32,000 bases of DNA from Nitrososphaerota archaeon (GCA_016871995.1 VHBL01000002.1:90001-122000); one strand, 5' to 3'. Positions 18,521 through 26,365 are shown, counted from the first letter of the stretch. The notes: a model not told the origin generated them from the sequence alone. Numbers and translations are program-made.

Positions 18521-18742
18521 ATGCCAAAGCTTCCTGTCGTCTCCGGCCAGCAGTTGATCAAGGTGTTGACTAAACATTTTGGTTTTAGAGTTCTTAGACA
18601 AAGAGGAAGCCATGTCACACTAACAAACGATATCTCCTTTGTTACCGTACCTTTGCACCCTGAACTGGACAAAGGTACCTTGAGCGCCGTCCTGAGAGAC
18701 GCAAGGGTAAGCAGGGAAGAGTTTATCAGGTTTGTTAGCTAA
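18521..18742 (+). CDS. hicA: HicA-family mRNA interferase toxin
   Basis: 73 aa. SGQQLIKVLTKHFGFRVLRQRGSHVTL carries the conserved GSH of HicA/YcfA. Confidence 0.85.
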   Translation: MPKLPVVSGQQLIKVLTKHFGFRVLRQRGSHVTLTNDISFVTVPLHPELDKGTLSAVLRDARVSREEFIRFVS

Positions 18743-18743
18743 A

Positions 18744-18815
18744 ATTACTAAATTGGGAATATTCGTAGAGCAGTTAGAAAGCGGAGCATCAACCATTAGA
18801 ATAATCCCGAAATAA
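18744..18815 (+). pseudogene. Displaced duplicate of the rtcA 3' end (24 codons including the stop)
   Basis: It reads ITKLGIFVEQLESGASTIRIIPK*, versus ITECEYSVEQLDSGASVVRITPK* at the end of rtcA (18143-18214). The two are the same length and 14/23 aa are identical. By hand alignment about 50/72 nt are identical. It starts 2 nt after the hicA stop. Confidence 0.65.
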
Positions 18816-18908
18816 CGTATAAGCCTAATGCTGAACTTGTGTGCCATGTTGGAGCGCTAATTCAGCTGTCTTCTTTATGCTCCATAAACTATGGTTGACT
18901 GGTCGAAA

Positions 18909-19367
18909 TTACATATTCGCCTTAACTACCATCACTAGGAGAATCAATGAAACCTCTGGCTGTAGTTGGGCTAAAGGTGAACTTGCTCTACTCTGTTGAT
19001 AATTTGCGAATTGCCCAGAAGAGAAAACGAATATATTTACTGCATCACTCGCTCTAAAGGTAAATTGAACGTCGCGGCCAGCGGGTAATTGCGCCACTCG
19101 ATAGAGATACTTTCTTGGCTCCAGCGTGGTAGAGGAAACAGAGAATAGATTATCTCGTTGATTAACCGTTTCTTGATACGGAACCGCAACTTGTACGGGG
19201 ACTAGTTCTATCTCCTGATACTGAACTGGAACCTCTACTTCAACGGGAACGTTCTCAGTGTATTTTTCTGTCCTCTGATATGGTTCCTTTACAGCATATG
19301 TTATGGGAATTACTGGAACGAGTGAACCTCCAATAAGGCCAACTACTAGAAGTACCCCAAAGGACAA
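18909..19367 (-). CDS. Hypothetical membrane-anchored protein, apparently the N-terminal half of a split gene
   Basis: 152 aa with a TTG start and an N-terminal hydrophobic helix (SFGVLLVVGLIGGSLVPVIP). A Y/E/V/P-rich stretch follows, then a beta-rich RDVQFTFRASDAVNIFVFSSGQFANYQQ. The last ~20 residues look like read-through junk. Confidence 0.45.
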   Translation of the reverse strand: MSFGVLLVVGLIGGSLVPVIPITYAVKEPYQRTEKYTENVPVEVEVPVQYQEIELVPVQVAVPYQETVNQRDNLFSVSSTTLEPRKYLYRVAQLPAGRDVQFTFRASDAVNIFVFSSGQFANYQQSRASSPLAQLQPEVSLILLVMVVKANM

Positions 19368-19372
19368 ATGTA

Positions 19373-19696
19373 ATGCAAGATACTCTGGGATTTAGAACCT
19401 CTGCGTCAGATACCTATTATTTCGTCATAGAGAATCCCAGCGGAGGGTTTCTCGGTATAGGTGCTAAGAATGTCGGAATTTTTGATGCTTCTGCCGTTGC
19501 TACATGGCAAGAGGTTGTTACCAAGACTAGAACAGAAACCAGAATGGAACCACGTACTATAACAAAGACCAGAATGGAGAAGAAAGTTGAATTAAGACCA
19601 GTAGAGAAAGAACGGATGGTTGAGGACTTCCGAACGGTTCAAAAGCAAAAGAGTGTTAGTTTATTCGAATATCTCGCAACACGGAATAACCCGTAG
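19373..19696 (+). CDS. Hypothetical protein, apparently the C-terminal half of the same split gene
   Basis: 107 aa with no signal peptide or TM helix. It begins mid-domain (LGFRTSASDTYYFVIENPSGGFLGIGAKNVGIF) and ends with a T/K/R/E-rich stretch plus VSLFEYL. Its ATG lies 5 nt from the divergent start of 18909-19367. Confidence 0.4.
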   Translation: MQDTLGFRTSASDTYYFVIENPSGGFLGIGAKNVGIFDASAVATWQEVVTKTRTETRMEPRTITKTRMEKKVELRPVEKERMVEDFRTVQKQKSVSLFEYLATRNNP

Positions 19697-19812
19697 TGAA
19701 ATCAAATTCTAGAAAATTTGTAGTCGGGCAGATCGACTCAACCCATTGGAATCAAGTGATAACTCAATATTACCAAAGCCTAATTAAGCAATAGTAATTG
19801 GGGTAGTTCGAA

Positions 19813-20418
19813 ATGGCTTATCTGCAGTACATGCCCGGTGCGACGGTAGTTGGCATAAGCACCGAAGATGGAGTAGTTCTGGGAGCAGAGAAGAGGATAT
19901 CCTATGGGACATTCGTAGTAAGCAGGTCTGGCAAGAAACTCTTCAAGCTATCAGACTACGTCGGAGCAGGGTGCGCAGGCATGGTCGCTGACATGCAAGC
20001 CTTGATGCGAGAGATAGCGGCAAACGTCAAGCTCATCGAATACGACCTCAGAAGGCCGATGCCTCCGAATTCCATAGCAAAGTTAATGTCAGTAATAATG
20101 TTCGAAAGGAGGTACTTTCCACTTTTAACCCAAGTCATAGTAGCAGGAGTAGATGGGGCTCCAAACGTGTACGTCCTTGACCCTGTAGGATCAGTCATCC
20201 CTGATGAATATGCAGCGGTAGGCAGCGGTGCAGAAATTGCAATAGGAATCATAGAGGCTGGGTATGACAGGAAGATGAGCCTAAAAGAAGCAAAAGAGTT
20301 GGCTGTAAAGTCGATAAAGTCTGCAATACAGAGGGACGCTGCAAGCGGAGACGGCGTAGATATAATCACGATAACCAAGAAAGGCATACAAGAAGAAAGC
20401 ATGCCGTTCAAACAGTAA
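19813..20418 (+). CDS. psmB: Proteasome subunit beta (with propeptide)
   Basis: 201 aa. MAYLQYMPGA|TVVGISTEDGVVLGAEKR shows the propeptide and the catalytic Thr context. Confidence 0.9.
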   Translation: MAYLQYMPGATVVGISTEDGVVLGAEKRISYGTFVVSRSGKKLFKLSDYVGAGCAGMVADMQALMREIAANVKLIEYDLRRPMPPNSIAKLMSVIMFERRYFPLLTQVIVAGVDGAPNVYVLDPVGSVIPDEYAAVGSGAEIAIGIIEAGYDRKMSLKEAKELAVKSIKSAIQRDAASGDGVDIITITKKGIQEESMPFKQ

Positions 20419-20543
20419 GCAGCTTTCATCTTACTTGATCTTCGAGCTTAAACGCATCACTAACCAAATTTCAATTTACCTAGGCTTTTGAGTTTGAGTA
20501 TGAAGCTGGGCCTAGTAATACACAGGTACCTAAATTCTGACTC

Positions 20544-20577
20544 TTGTAGCCCCCGTCAATAGTAGCTAATCAGAGGG
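20544..20577 (+). repeat. 34-nt intergenic motif, copy X (TTGTAGCCCCCGTCAATAGTAGCTAATCAGAGGG)
   Basis: 28/34 positions are identical, in direct orientation, to 28150-28183. It lies between the convergent psmB and FtsX-permease genes. Confidence 0.7.
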
Positions 20578-20605
20578 TACCTAAATTGCACAGATGATAG
20601 AGGTT

Positions 20606-21871
20606 CTATTCTCTGCTTAAAGCCTGAACTGGTGTAAGTTTCGATGCCTTCCAAGCAGGTATCAACCCTGCAAGAATTGCTACGCCGACAGCAAGCAAGA
20701 TCGCTCCACCAAAGAGTTCTGGCGTTATGGCTGGAGTGATTGAAACAGCAGGAGCTGCTCCCTGACCAGGCCTTGCACCTATACGTGCTGGGCCTCCAAA
20801 TCCAAACCCGCCGCCGAATAGCGACGATGCTACCCAGAACGATAGCGACGAACCAAGAGTAGCCCCAATAAGGCCTCCTAAGAAGCCCGCAAGTACTGCT
20901 TCAGTTAGGAATATCATCATGATCCCCCGCCTAGGAGTCCCAAGAGCCTTCAGCATCCCTATCTCCCTCACCCTCTCGTTGACAGATGTTAGCATAGTCG
21001 TCATTATACCTGTAAATGCTACCACTACGGAAACCGCAGCTATAGAGCCCAATAGGTTGCTTATGTTGGAAGTTATTGTCTGGACAGTCGACAGTATAGA
21101 TGAGACTGTAGTCGCCCGCATCTGGTTGCTATATCTTTCATTTATCTGCTCAACTACGCCGTTTACATCATCTGCAGACTTTGCAACGATATAGAACCCT
21201 GAATACGTGTTCGATCTGGTCAAAAGCCTCCCTGTACCCATGGTGACGAATATTGTATCATCTGGATTAAGGAAGAGCCCCTGACCGAACTGGCTGAGCA
21301 ATCCTTTTACTACAAACGACCTTGTTTCGGTAGTAACCTGCCGTTGGTTCCTTACCGTATATGAAACTGAAACTACTTGGTTGAGCGCTATGTTCGAAGA
21401 GTCACCGCCCGGGTGGGCAACATTGTAACCTACTAACGCAGATGTGAATTCGCTGCTACCCGGTTCCGAACCCTCGCTTATCTGTATCCCTGGGAATAAA
21501 GAACGCATCTTCTCCGTATCCAGAGCTATTATGGAAACCTGCGCATTCTGAGTCCCTGTCCGCATCGTTGCACTGATACGATAGTACGGAAGAACCATCT
21601 TGACCCCGTCCAGACCTGCCAGAGCCCTCTCACTATCCGCATCAAGAGAAACTCCTGCGCTGTTAGCTCCGTTAGGAGCTGCTTGGCCAGCACCTGCCAC
21701 AAAAATCCTCCCTACAGGAGACACCAGAATAGTTTCAGCCCCTAATTTCTCAAACTGCGCTGTAGTTTGGTTTGCAAAACCGCCTGTAGCTGCAATGAGA
21801 GCCACGATTGTAGCAGGCCCTATAGCGATTCCAATAATTGTGAGCGTTGCCCTTAGCTTTCTGCTTCGCAA
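20606..21871 (-). CDS. ABC-transporter permease, FtsX/MacB-like
   Basis: 421 aa from TTG 21871. It has an N-terminal RSRKLRATLTIIGIAIG, a large extracytoplasmic loop, and a C-terminal FtsX 3-helix bundle (REIGMLKALGTPRRGIMMIFLTEA...). The family-typical N-terminal lead-in continues upstream of the first canonical start. Confidence 0.85.
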   Translation of the reverse strand: MRSRKLRATLTIIGIAIGPATIVALIAATGGFANQTTAQFEKLGAETILVSPVGRIFVAGAGQAAPNGANSAGVSLDADSERALAGLDGVKMVLPYYRISATMRTGTQNAQVSIIALDTEKMRSLFPGIQISEGSEPGSSEFTSALVGYNVAHPGGDSSNIALNQVVSVSYTVRNQRQVTTETRSFVVKGLLSQFGQGLFLNPDDTIFVTMGTGRLLTRSNTYSGFYIVAKSADDVNGVVEQINERYSNQMRATTVSSILSTVQTITSNISNLLGSIAAVSVVVAFTGIMTTMLTSVNERVREIGMLKALGTPRRGIMMIFLTEAVLAGFLGGLIGATLGSSLSFWVASSLFGGGFGFGGPARIGARPGQGAAPAVSITPAITPELFGGAILLAVGVAILAGLIPAWKASKLTPVQALSRE

Positions 21872-21910
21872 GGCATTATAGGAGAACTTGAGTACGTCCT
21901 GTGCTTTCGT

Positions 21911-24900
21911 CTAAAGCACCTCCCGCCTTGCCTTCCTTCTAGATCTAAATATCACTGCCAGCCCAAGTAGTATTATAAGAGCAAAGCCTGCTATAAAGAT
22001 TAGTCGAACATCTTCAGCGGAAAAGCCTTGCTGCACTTGTCTGACTTGCTGGGCTTGCTGTCTCTGCTGCCCTATGGTTATCTGCAGCCTTGACTCACTC
22101 GTAAACTTGGTGCCATACTCATCCTCGTACACGAACTGCACCGTGACTGGATATCTACCCTGCTGTGCTGTCCTGTTCAGCTGGAAAGTTACGCTGAAAG
22201 GCACCGGTGTGTTTGGATCTACATCTCCAAGATATTGGTTACTGCCTTGGTTAGGTCGGATTGGGCCGCTTGTTAATACCTTCGCTTCGGTATAGCGCGC
22301 CACTACGGTCCCCTTGTTCAGCAAGTTACCTACTACTGTGACGTTCCCGCCTGGCGTTGGGCTTACAGGTACCACTGAAAGCGACTGTGTTTCGAGAACT
22401 ATCTTGCCTCTAACTGAAAGGCCGAAGCTCTTGGTATCGGTATGCTGGTAGCCCCCTGCATCGGTATAGATTACCTGAATCTGCAGTTGATAAGAAGCAT
22501 CTGCAGCGGCCAGAGTAGCAAATATGGTAGGCTTGATCTCTGCTTCACCTCCAGCCGCTATCTGGTTGAAAGAATAGGTTGGAGAACCAGATGCAAGTAT
22601 AAGGGGACTGCTTCCCGAAGATGCTGCAAACGACAGAGTAGCTTGAACTGCACTTAGCTGCTGGTTTCCTGTATTCTTGATTTTAATTGACATTGGATTA
22701 ACAGAGCCTGCCAATAGTATTAGTTGCTGAGTTTCGATGGCTATTGGAGAGACCCATCCCTTAACTATGAAACTAACTGTTTTTGTTTCGGAGTGTGGAT
22801 ACCCGCTGGAGTCGAGGTACGATACCTGCACCTGAACAGGATAGGATGAATCGGCAGAAGCAACCGTAGCAAAAAGCTGCGTATCAATAGTCACTTCTCC
22901 TTTGGCTGCGATCTGATCAAAGTTCCATTGATTGTTCCCAGCTGCAAGAGAAAGCGGTGCAGCACCACTAGAAACTGATAGCGTTGCAGTTACAGATGAG
23001 ATTGCTTGGTTTCCAGTATTTCTGACTTTTATCGAAACCTTGTTCACAGAGCCCGCTGCAAGTATCATGTTTGCAGATTCTGCCATTATTTGCGAAGTCC
23101 AAGACTTTATGACAAAGCCCAAGCTCTTCGTTTCGCTTGCTGATTGGCCGTTCGTATCACGGTATGTTATTGAAAATGATGCAGTGTACAGCCCTTCAGA
23201 AGTCGAAGGCGATGTATATACCCTATAAGGCACTCGCACCAACCCTCCCGCTTCGATTACATCTACTAGCCTCTGCGCATCACCTCCAACAACGCTCAGC
23301 GGAGACGATGCTACAAACGTCAATGCTACATTTACCAGATATACTGGAGCTGTACCAGAATTGACTATTTCAACTGATACATCATTAGCGGTGCCGCTCA
23401 GCAGAACGTTTGCAGGAACATTTACTCGTATATTGCTCCTCCCTACTATCGTCACTGGGACGGAAACCTCGACTGTCTGCAACAGAGACCTCTGATCCAG
23501 ATATGAAACTACCATGTCAAGAGAGTATCTTCTGACCTGAGCGTCATTTGCTACGTTCAGCAGAAAACTCGTGCTTGCAGAGCCGCCACTCGGGATCGCG
23601 TTAGGATAGAATGCCCGTATCGTGTTTCCTCCGGTGGAATTCGTGAACGGAGGAAGCAAACGCAGAATCTGGCTCATCCCAGTTATCTGCCCATTATCCA
23701 AGTTCTGAATCGTTACCGTCAGCGTTGCCCTTCTATCGCCAGGAGCAACAAGAATCTCTGCATTATTACTCCCCCAATACGAACTGGCAACAGATATTAC
23801 TCCTCTGCCAACCGCTTGCACGACAAGGCTAACAACCCTGGTCTCAGTCCTTGAGCTGCCCACGGCAGTCTTGAACGTCGCAGTGCAGGTAATCTGATAG
23901 ACCTGACCCTTGCTCGCTGATGGCGCAAAGATCTTGGACGAAATTGCAAATTCTTGCCCCGCTTGCAGTGATGGTAATGTCCATTTGTTGTCGGAACCTA
24001 CGAGCGTAAGAGGGGATGGAACAGATAGCGAAAAGTCGATTATTCCCGTAGGTGCGGTGCCTTCGTTCTTCAGTTTCAGGGTAACGTCATTGGTAGTTTC
24101 AGGAAAGAGAAACTGGTTGTCAGTAACCAATCGGATTAAACTCCTTCCTGTAATGCTTATCTGAACCGGAACCTTTACAGTGATACCTTTTACTAGGCCA
24201 CTTGACATAAGATAATCAAGCCTCAGCGTCACTGTGTATGTTCCTATTGATGCGCTGGGCGCGATGTTCAAAAGAAATGAAAAAGTTGCTGACTGTCCAA
24301 CGGCTATCGTGCTTGTAAGTGCCTGTCTTAGCATGTTTCCGGAAGTGCTGTTGGTGAACTGCCGTGGAAGGTCTATGCTAGCTATAAGGTCAGTAATTGC
24401 AAAGTCTGCACCATTTCTTACTACAAGGGAAAGTGTCGTTCCCAAGTCGCCAGGAGCAACTTCTGCCTGTGAGTCTTGAGTACCGAACCCTGCAAAAAGC
24501 ACCCTAAAGTTGGTAATGAAAAATGAAATGGTGTACGTACTAGTCCCAAAATGTCTAACCCCTGAAACCTTGACATAGTGGAAGCCAGTCTTTGTGGCTT
24601 GAAATTCGATCAACTCTCTGTTTCCATCGCCCAGATTCTTGGACTCAGCTATTTGCTTTGGATCGTCATTTGTGCTATCAGGATCGTATAATGTAAGATC
24701 AAGGTCAGATCCTGGAGGAACATCCATTTGGATGCTTAGGATCGAGCCTGTCTGCACATTTAGTTTGAAATATTGTGGGGCATCTGCAAAGGTGGCATTC
24801 GCCCTACCTGAAGAAATTGAAAGTGCATTTGTAATGGAGTTGCCTGGTGCAACCGCCTCTGAAAGAGGAGCATATTGACTAACTTGAGCCAATAGCAACA

Positions 24901-24943
24901 GGATTAAGAATACCGTTGTAATCTTTGCTATTTTGATTCCCAT
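21911..24943 (-). CDS. Large secreted, C-terminally membrane-anchored surface protein with about 7 CARDB/COG1361-like Ig-fold repeats
   Basis: 1010 aa with an N-terminal signal-like helix (ITTVFLILLLLAQV) and a PPC-like module (YFKLNVQTGSILSIQMDVPPGSDLDLTLYDP). A motif recurs in VRNGADFAITDL, LKNEGTAPTGI, IQNLDNGQITG, IVNSGTAPVYL, VRNTGNQAISS, IKNTGNQQLSA and LLNKGTVVARY. A Q-rich linker and a C-terminal TM helix plus basic tail (RSRRKARREVL) follow. Confidence 0.8.
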   Translation of the reverse strand: MGIKIAKITTVFLILLLLAQVSQYAPLSEAVAPGNSITNALSISSGRANATFADAPQYFKLNVQTGSILSIQMDVPPGSDLDLTLYDPDSTNDDPKQIAESKNLGDGNRELIEFQATKTGFHYVKVSGVRHFGTSTYTISFFITNFRVLFAGFGTQDSQAEVAPGDLGTTLSLVVRNGADFAITDLIASIDLPRQFTNSTSGNMLRQALTSTIAVGQSATFSFLLNIAPSASIGTYTVTLRLDYLMSSGLVKGITVKVPVQISITGRSLIRLVTDNQFLFPETTNDVTLKLKNEGTAPTGIIDFSLSVPSPLTLVGSDNKWTLPSLQAGQEFAISSKIFAPSASKGQVYQITCTATFKTAVGSSRTETRVVSLVVQAVGRGVISVASSYWGSNNAEILVAPGDRRATLTVTIQNLDNGQITGMSQILRLLPPFTNSTGGNTIRAFYPNAIPSGGSASTSFLLNVANDAQVRRYSLDMVVSYLDQRSLLQTVEVSVPVTIVGRSNIRVNVPANVLLSGTANDVSVEIVNSGTAPVYLVNVALTFVASSPLSVVGGDAQRLVDVIEAGGLVRVPYRVYTSPSTSEGLYTASFSITYRDTNGQSASETKSLGFVIKSWTSQIMAESANMILAAGSVNKVSIKVRNTGNQAISSVTATLSVSSGAAPLSLAAGNNQWNFDQIAAKGEVTIDTQLFATVASADSSYPVQVQVSYLDSSGYPHSETKTVSFIVKGWVSPIAIETQQLILLAGSVNPMSIKIKNTGNQQLSAVQATLSFAASSGSSPLILASGSPTYSFNQIAAGGEAEIKPTIFATLAAADASYQLQIQVIYTDAGGYQHTDTKSFGLSVRGKIVLETQSLSVVPVSPTPGGNVTVVGNLLNKGTVVARYTEAKVLTSGPIRPNQGSNQYLGDVDPNTPVPFSVTFQLNRTAQQGRYPVTVQFVYEDEYGTKFTSESRLQITIGQQRQQAQQVRQVQQGFSAEDVRLIFIAGFALIILLGLAVIFRSRRKARREVL

Positions 24944-24959
24944 ATCAACACCAATAAAA

Positions 24960-25274
24960 TTAGGTAATTTCTGCCTTCTTTTCAGGAACTAAAGCGCCTA
25001 TGAGTACACACATTATTGCAGCCGCACCTATCAGATAACTAGAAAAGCGGATGTACGAATCCACTGAAACTATACCTCCAGCCAATGCTAATCTTTGTTG
25101 AATCGCTGCTGAGCTAGCGACGCCTACAGGTAACTGCGCGGCTATTTGTTGGCCTTGCGGATTATTTCCTGCTGATCCCAGCATTAGATTTTTGAACTGG
25201 TTGTCATAGTTAACCTGAATAGCTAGCGCGGCTATGACCAAAAAAGCACCTAGCAACAGCGGACGCTTACGCAT
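24960..25274 (-). CDS. Small membrane protein (N-terminal signal/TM helix plus C-terminal TM helix)
   Basis: 104 aa: MRKRPLLLGAFLVIAALAI...SYLIGAAAIMCVLIGALV. It ends 16 nt upstream of the surface-protein gene on the same strand. Confidence 0.55.
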   Translation of the reverse strand: MRKRPLLLGAFLVIAALAIQVNYDNQFKNLMLGSAGNNPQGQQIAAQLPVGVASSAAIQQRLALAGGIVSVDSYIRFSSYLIGAAAIMCVLIGALVPEKKAEIT

Positions 25275-25325
25275 TATAGATCGTAATGGAGGTTCAACAT
25301 TACCTAGATATGCCTTTTTGTCAAG

Positions 25326-26084
25326 TTAGGCGCAGTCTTTTCTAAAATTCAAACAGTAATGATGTACCGTATTGCTGACCCAGCATCTTCCGTAACCATA
25401 GGGAGCGAGTTTCACGTTGTCTTGGCACCATATCTTCTCGTCTTTGAGTGTGAAAAAGGTGCTGAGCCTCCTTGAAAGGTCCCAAGCAAGGGGGTAGATT
25501 TTGCCTCCCTTTTTGACATTTTTTATAATAACCGTAAGGTAGCCTCTTGGTTTTATGACGTCATGAACCTTGGCATATATCTCCGTAAGCGTATCAAGGA
25601 ACTCTTCATAATTCGATATGTTACCTAAATCTCTTGAATCTTCAGAATAGAGCACATCAAAGCCTTTTTCTTTCCTGTTCTTCTGCGTCTCAAAGCCCTT
25701 TGCATGTAACATATCCCAGTATGGGGGGGAAGTTATACAGTAATCAACTTGATGGATGTCCATCTTCTTTATCTGTCCTGCATCTGCCTGAAACAGCCTT
25801 GCCGAAATATTGATGGAATTTTCTCCGCCTTGCATTTCGATTTCTTCTTTGGCCATCATTATTCTTTGTTTTGTTATCTGGAAGTACTTGTCGAGGAGCT
25901 CTATTGCAACAGCATTTCTCCCGTTTTTAAGAGATGCTATTATCGTGCTCCCGGTTCCCACCATGGGGTCAAGGACTGTCTGCCCCTTTTTGGTAAAGAA
26001 TTTGATGAAGCTCTCCACCAACTCTTCTGGAAACTTTGCTGGGTGCAGCAGAACTTCCTTTGGCCTTGGTTTTGGGTTAAGCAC
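25326..26084 (-). CDS. SAM-dependent N6-adenine/N4-cytosine methyltransferase (amino-MTase). Motif order is X-I...IV and no partner endonuclease is present.
   Basis: 252 aa from GTG 26084. HPAKFPEEL (motif X-like) and VLDPMVGTGST (motif I) come near the N-terminus, followed by ITSPPYWD (motif IV). The frame stays open a further 64 codons upstream with no ATG, GTG or TTG. Confidence 0.75.
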   Translation of the reverse strand: MLNPKPRPKEVLLHPAKFPEELVESFIKFFTKKGQTVLDPMVGTGSTIIASLKNGRNAVAIELLDKYFQITKQRIMMAKEEIEMQGGENSINISARLFQADAGQIKKMDIHQVDYCITSPPYWDMLHAKGFETQKNRKEKGFDVLYSEDSRDLGNISNYEEFLDTLTEIYAKVHDVIKPRGYLTVIIKNVKKGGKIYPLAWDLSRRLSTFFTLKDEKIWCQDNVKLAPYGYGRCWVSNTVHHYCLNFRKDCA

Positions 26085-26365
26085 GAACCAGCTCTTCTGA
26101 AACTTCAGCCATTCTTTATTTGAAAGATCGTTGAACGAATTAAAATTATGGAAGAGTCCCTGATCTGTAATGGTAGCATTGTTAGTCTTGGAAACTACTC
26201 TTGGACTACTGAAACTGTAGTTTATGTTTGCGTTGAAGATTTGGAATTCATGATGTAATGGTGAATGAAGCGTTTGCTATGCACCTAATTTCACCGCAGT
26301 TTAATCACGCTTAATGCTTGAGGTCTAACATTTTAGCTACTTTAGAGAGATTAGCTAAACATCTT

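Noticed and set aside
18951-19403. 8-nt direct repeat AACCTCTG (18951-18958 and 19396-19403) as a possible recombination junction for the split gene
   Set aside because: It is in direct orientation, not inverted. It falls inside the conserved-looking part of the plus-strand ORF, and it is short enough to be chance.
21911-21913. TAG between the surface protein and the permease read as pyrrolysine or programmed recoding
   Set aside because: No pyl genes or recoding signals are visible in the window, and the gene content does not suggest a Pyl-using methanogen lineage. It is kept only as a low-probability alternative within the start-codon finding.
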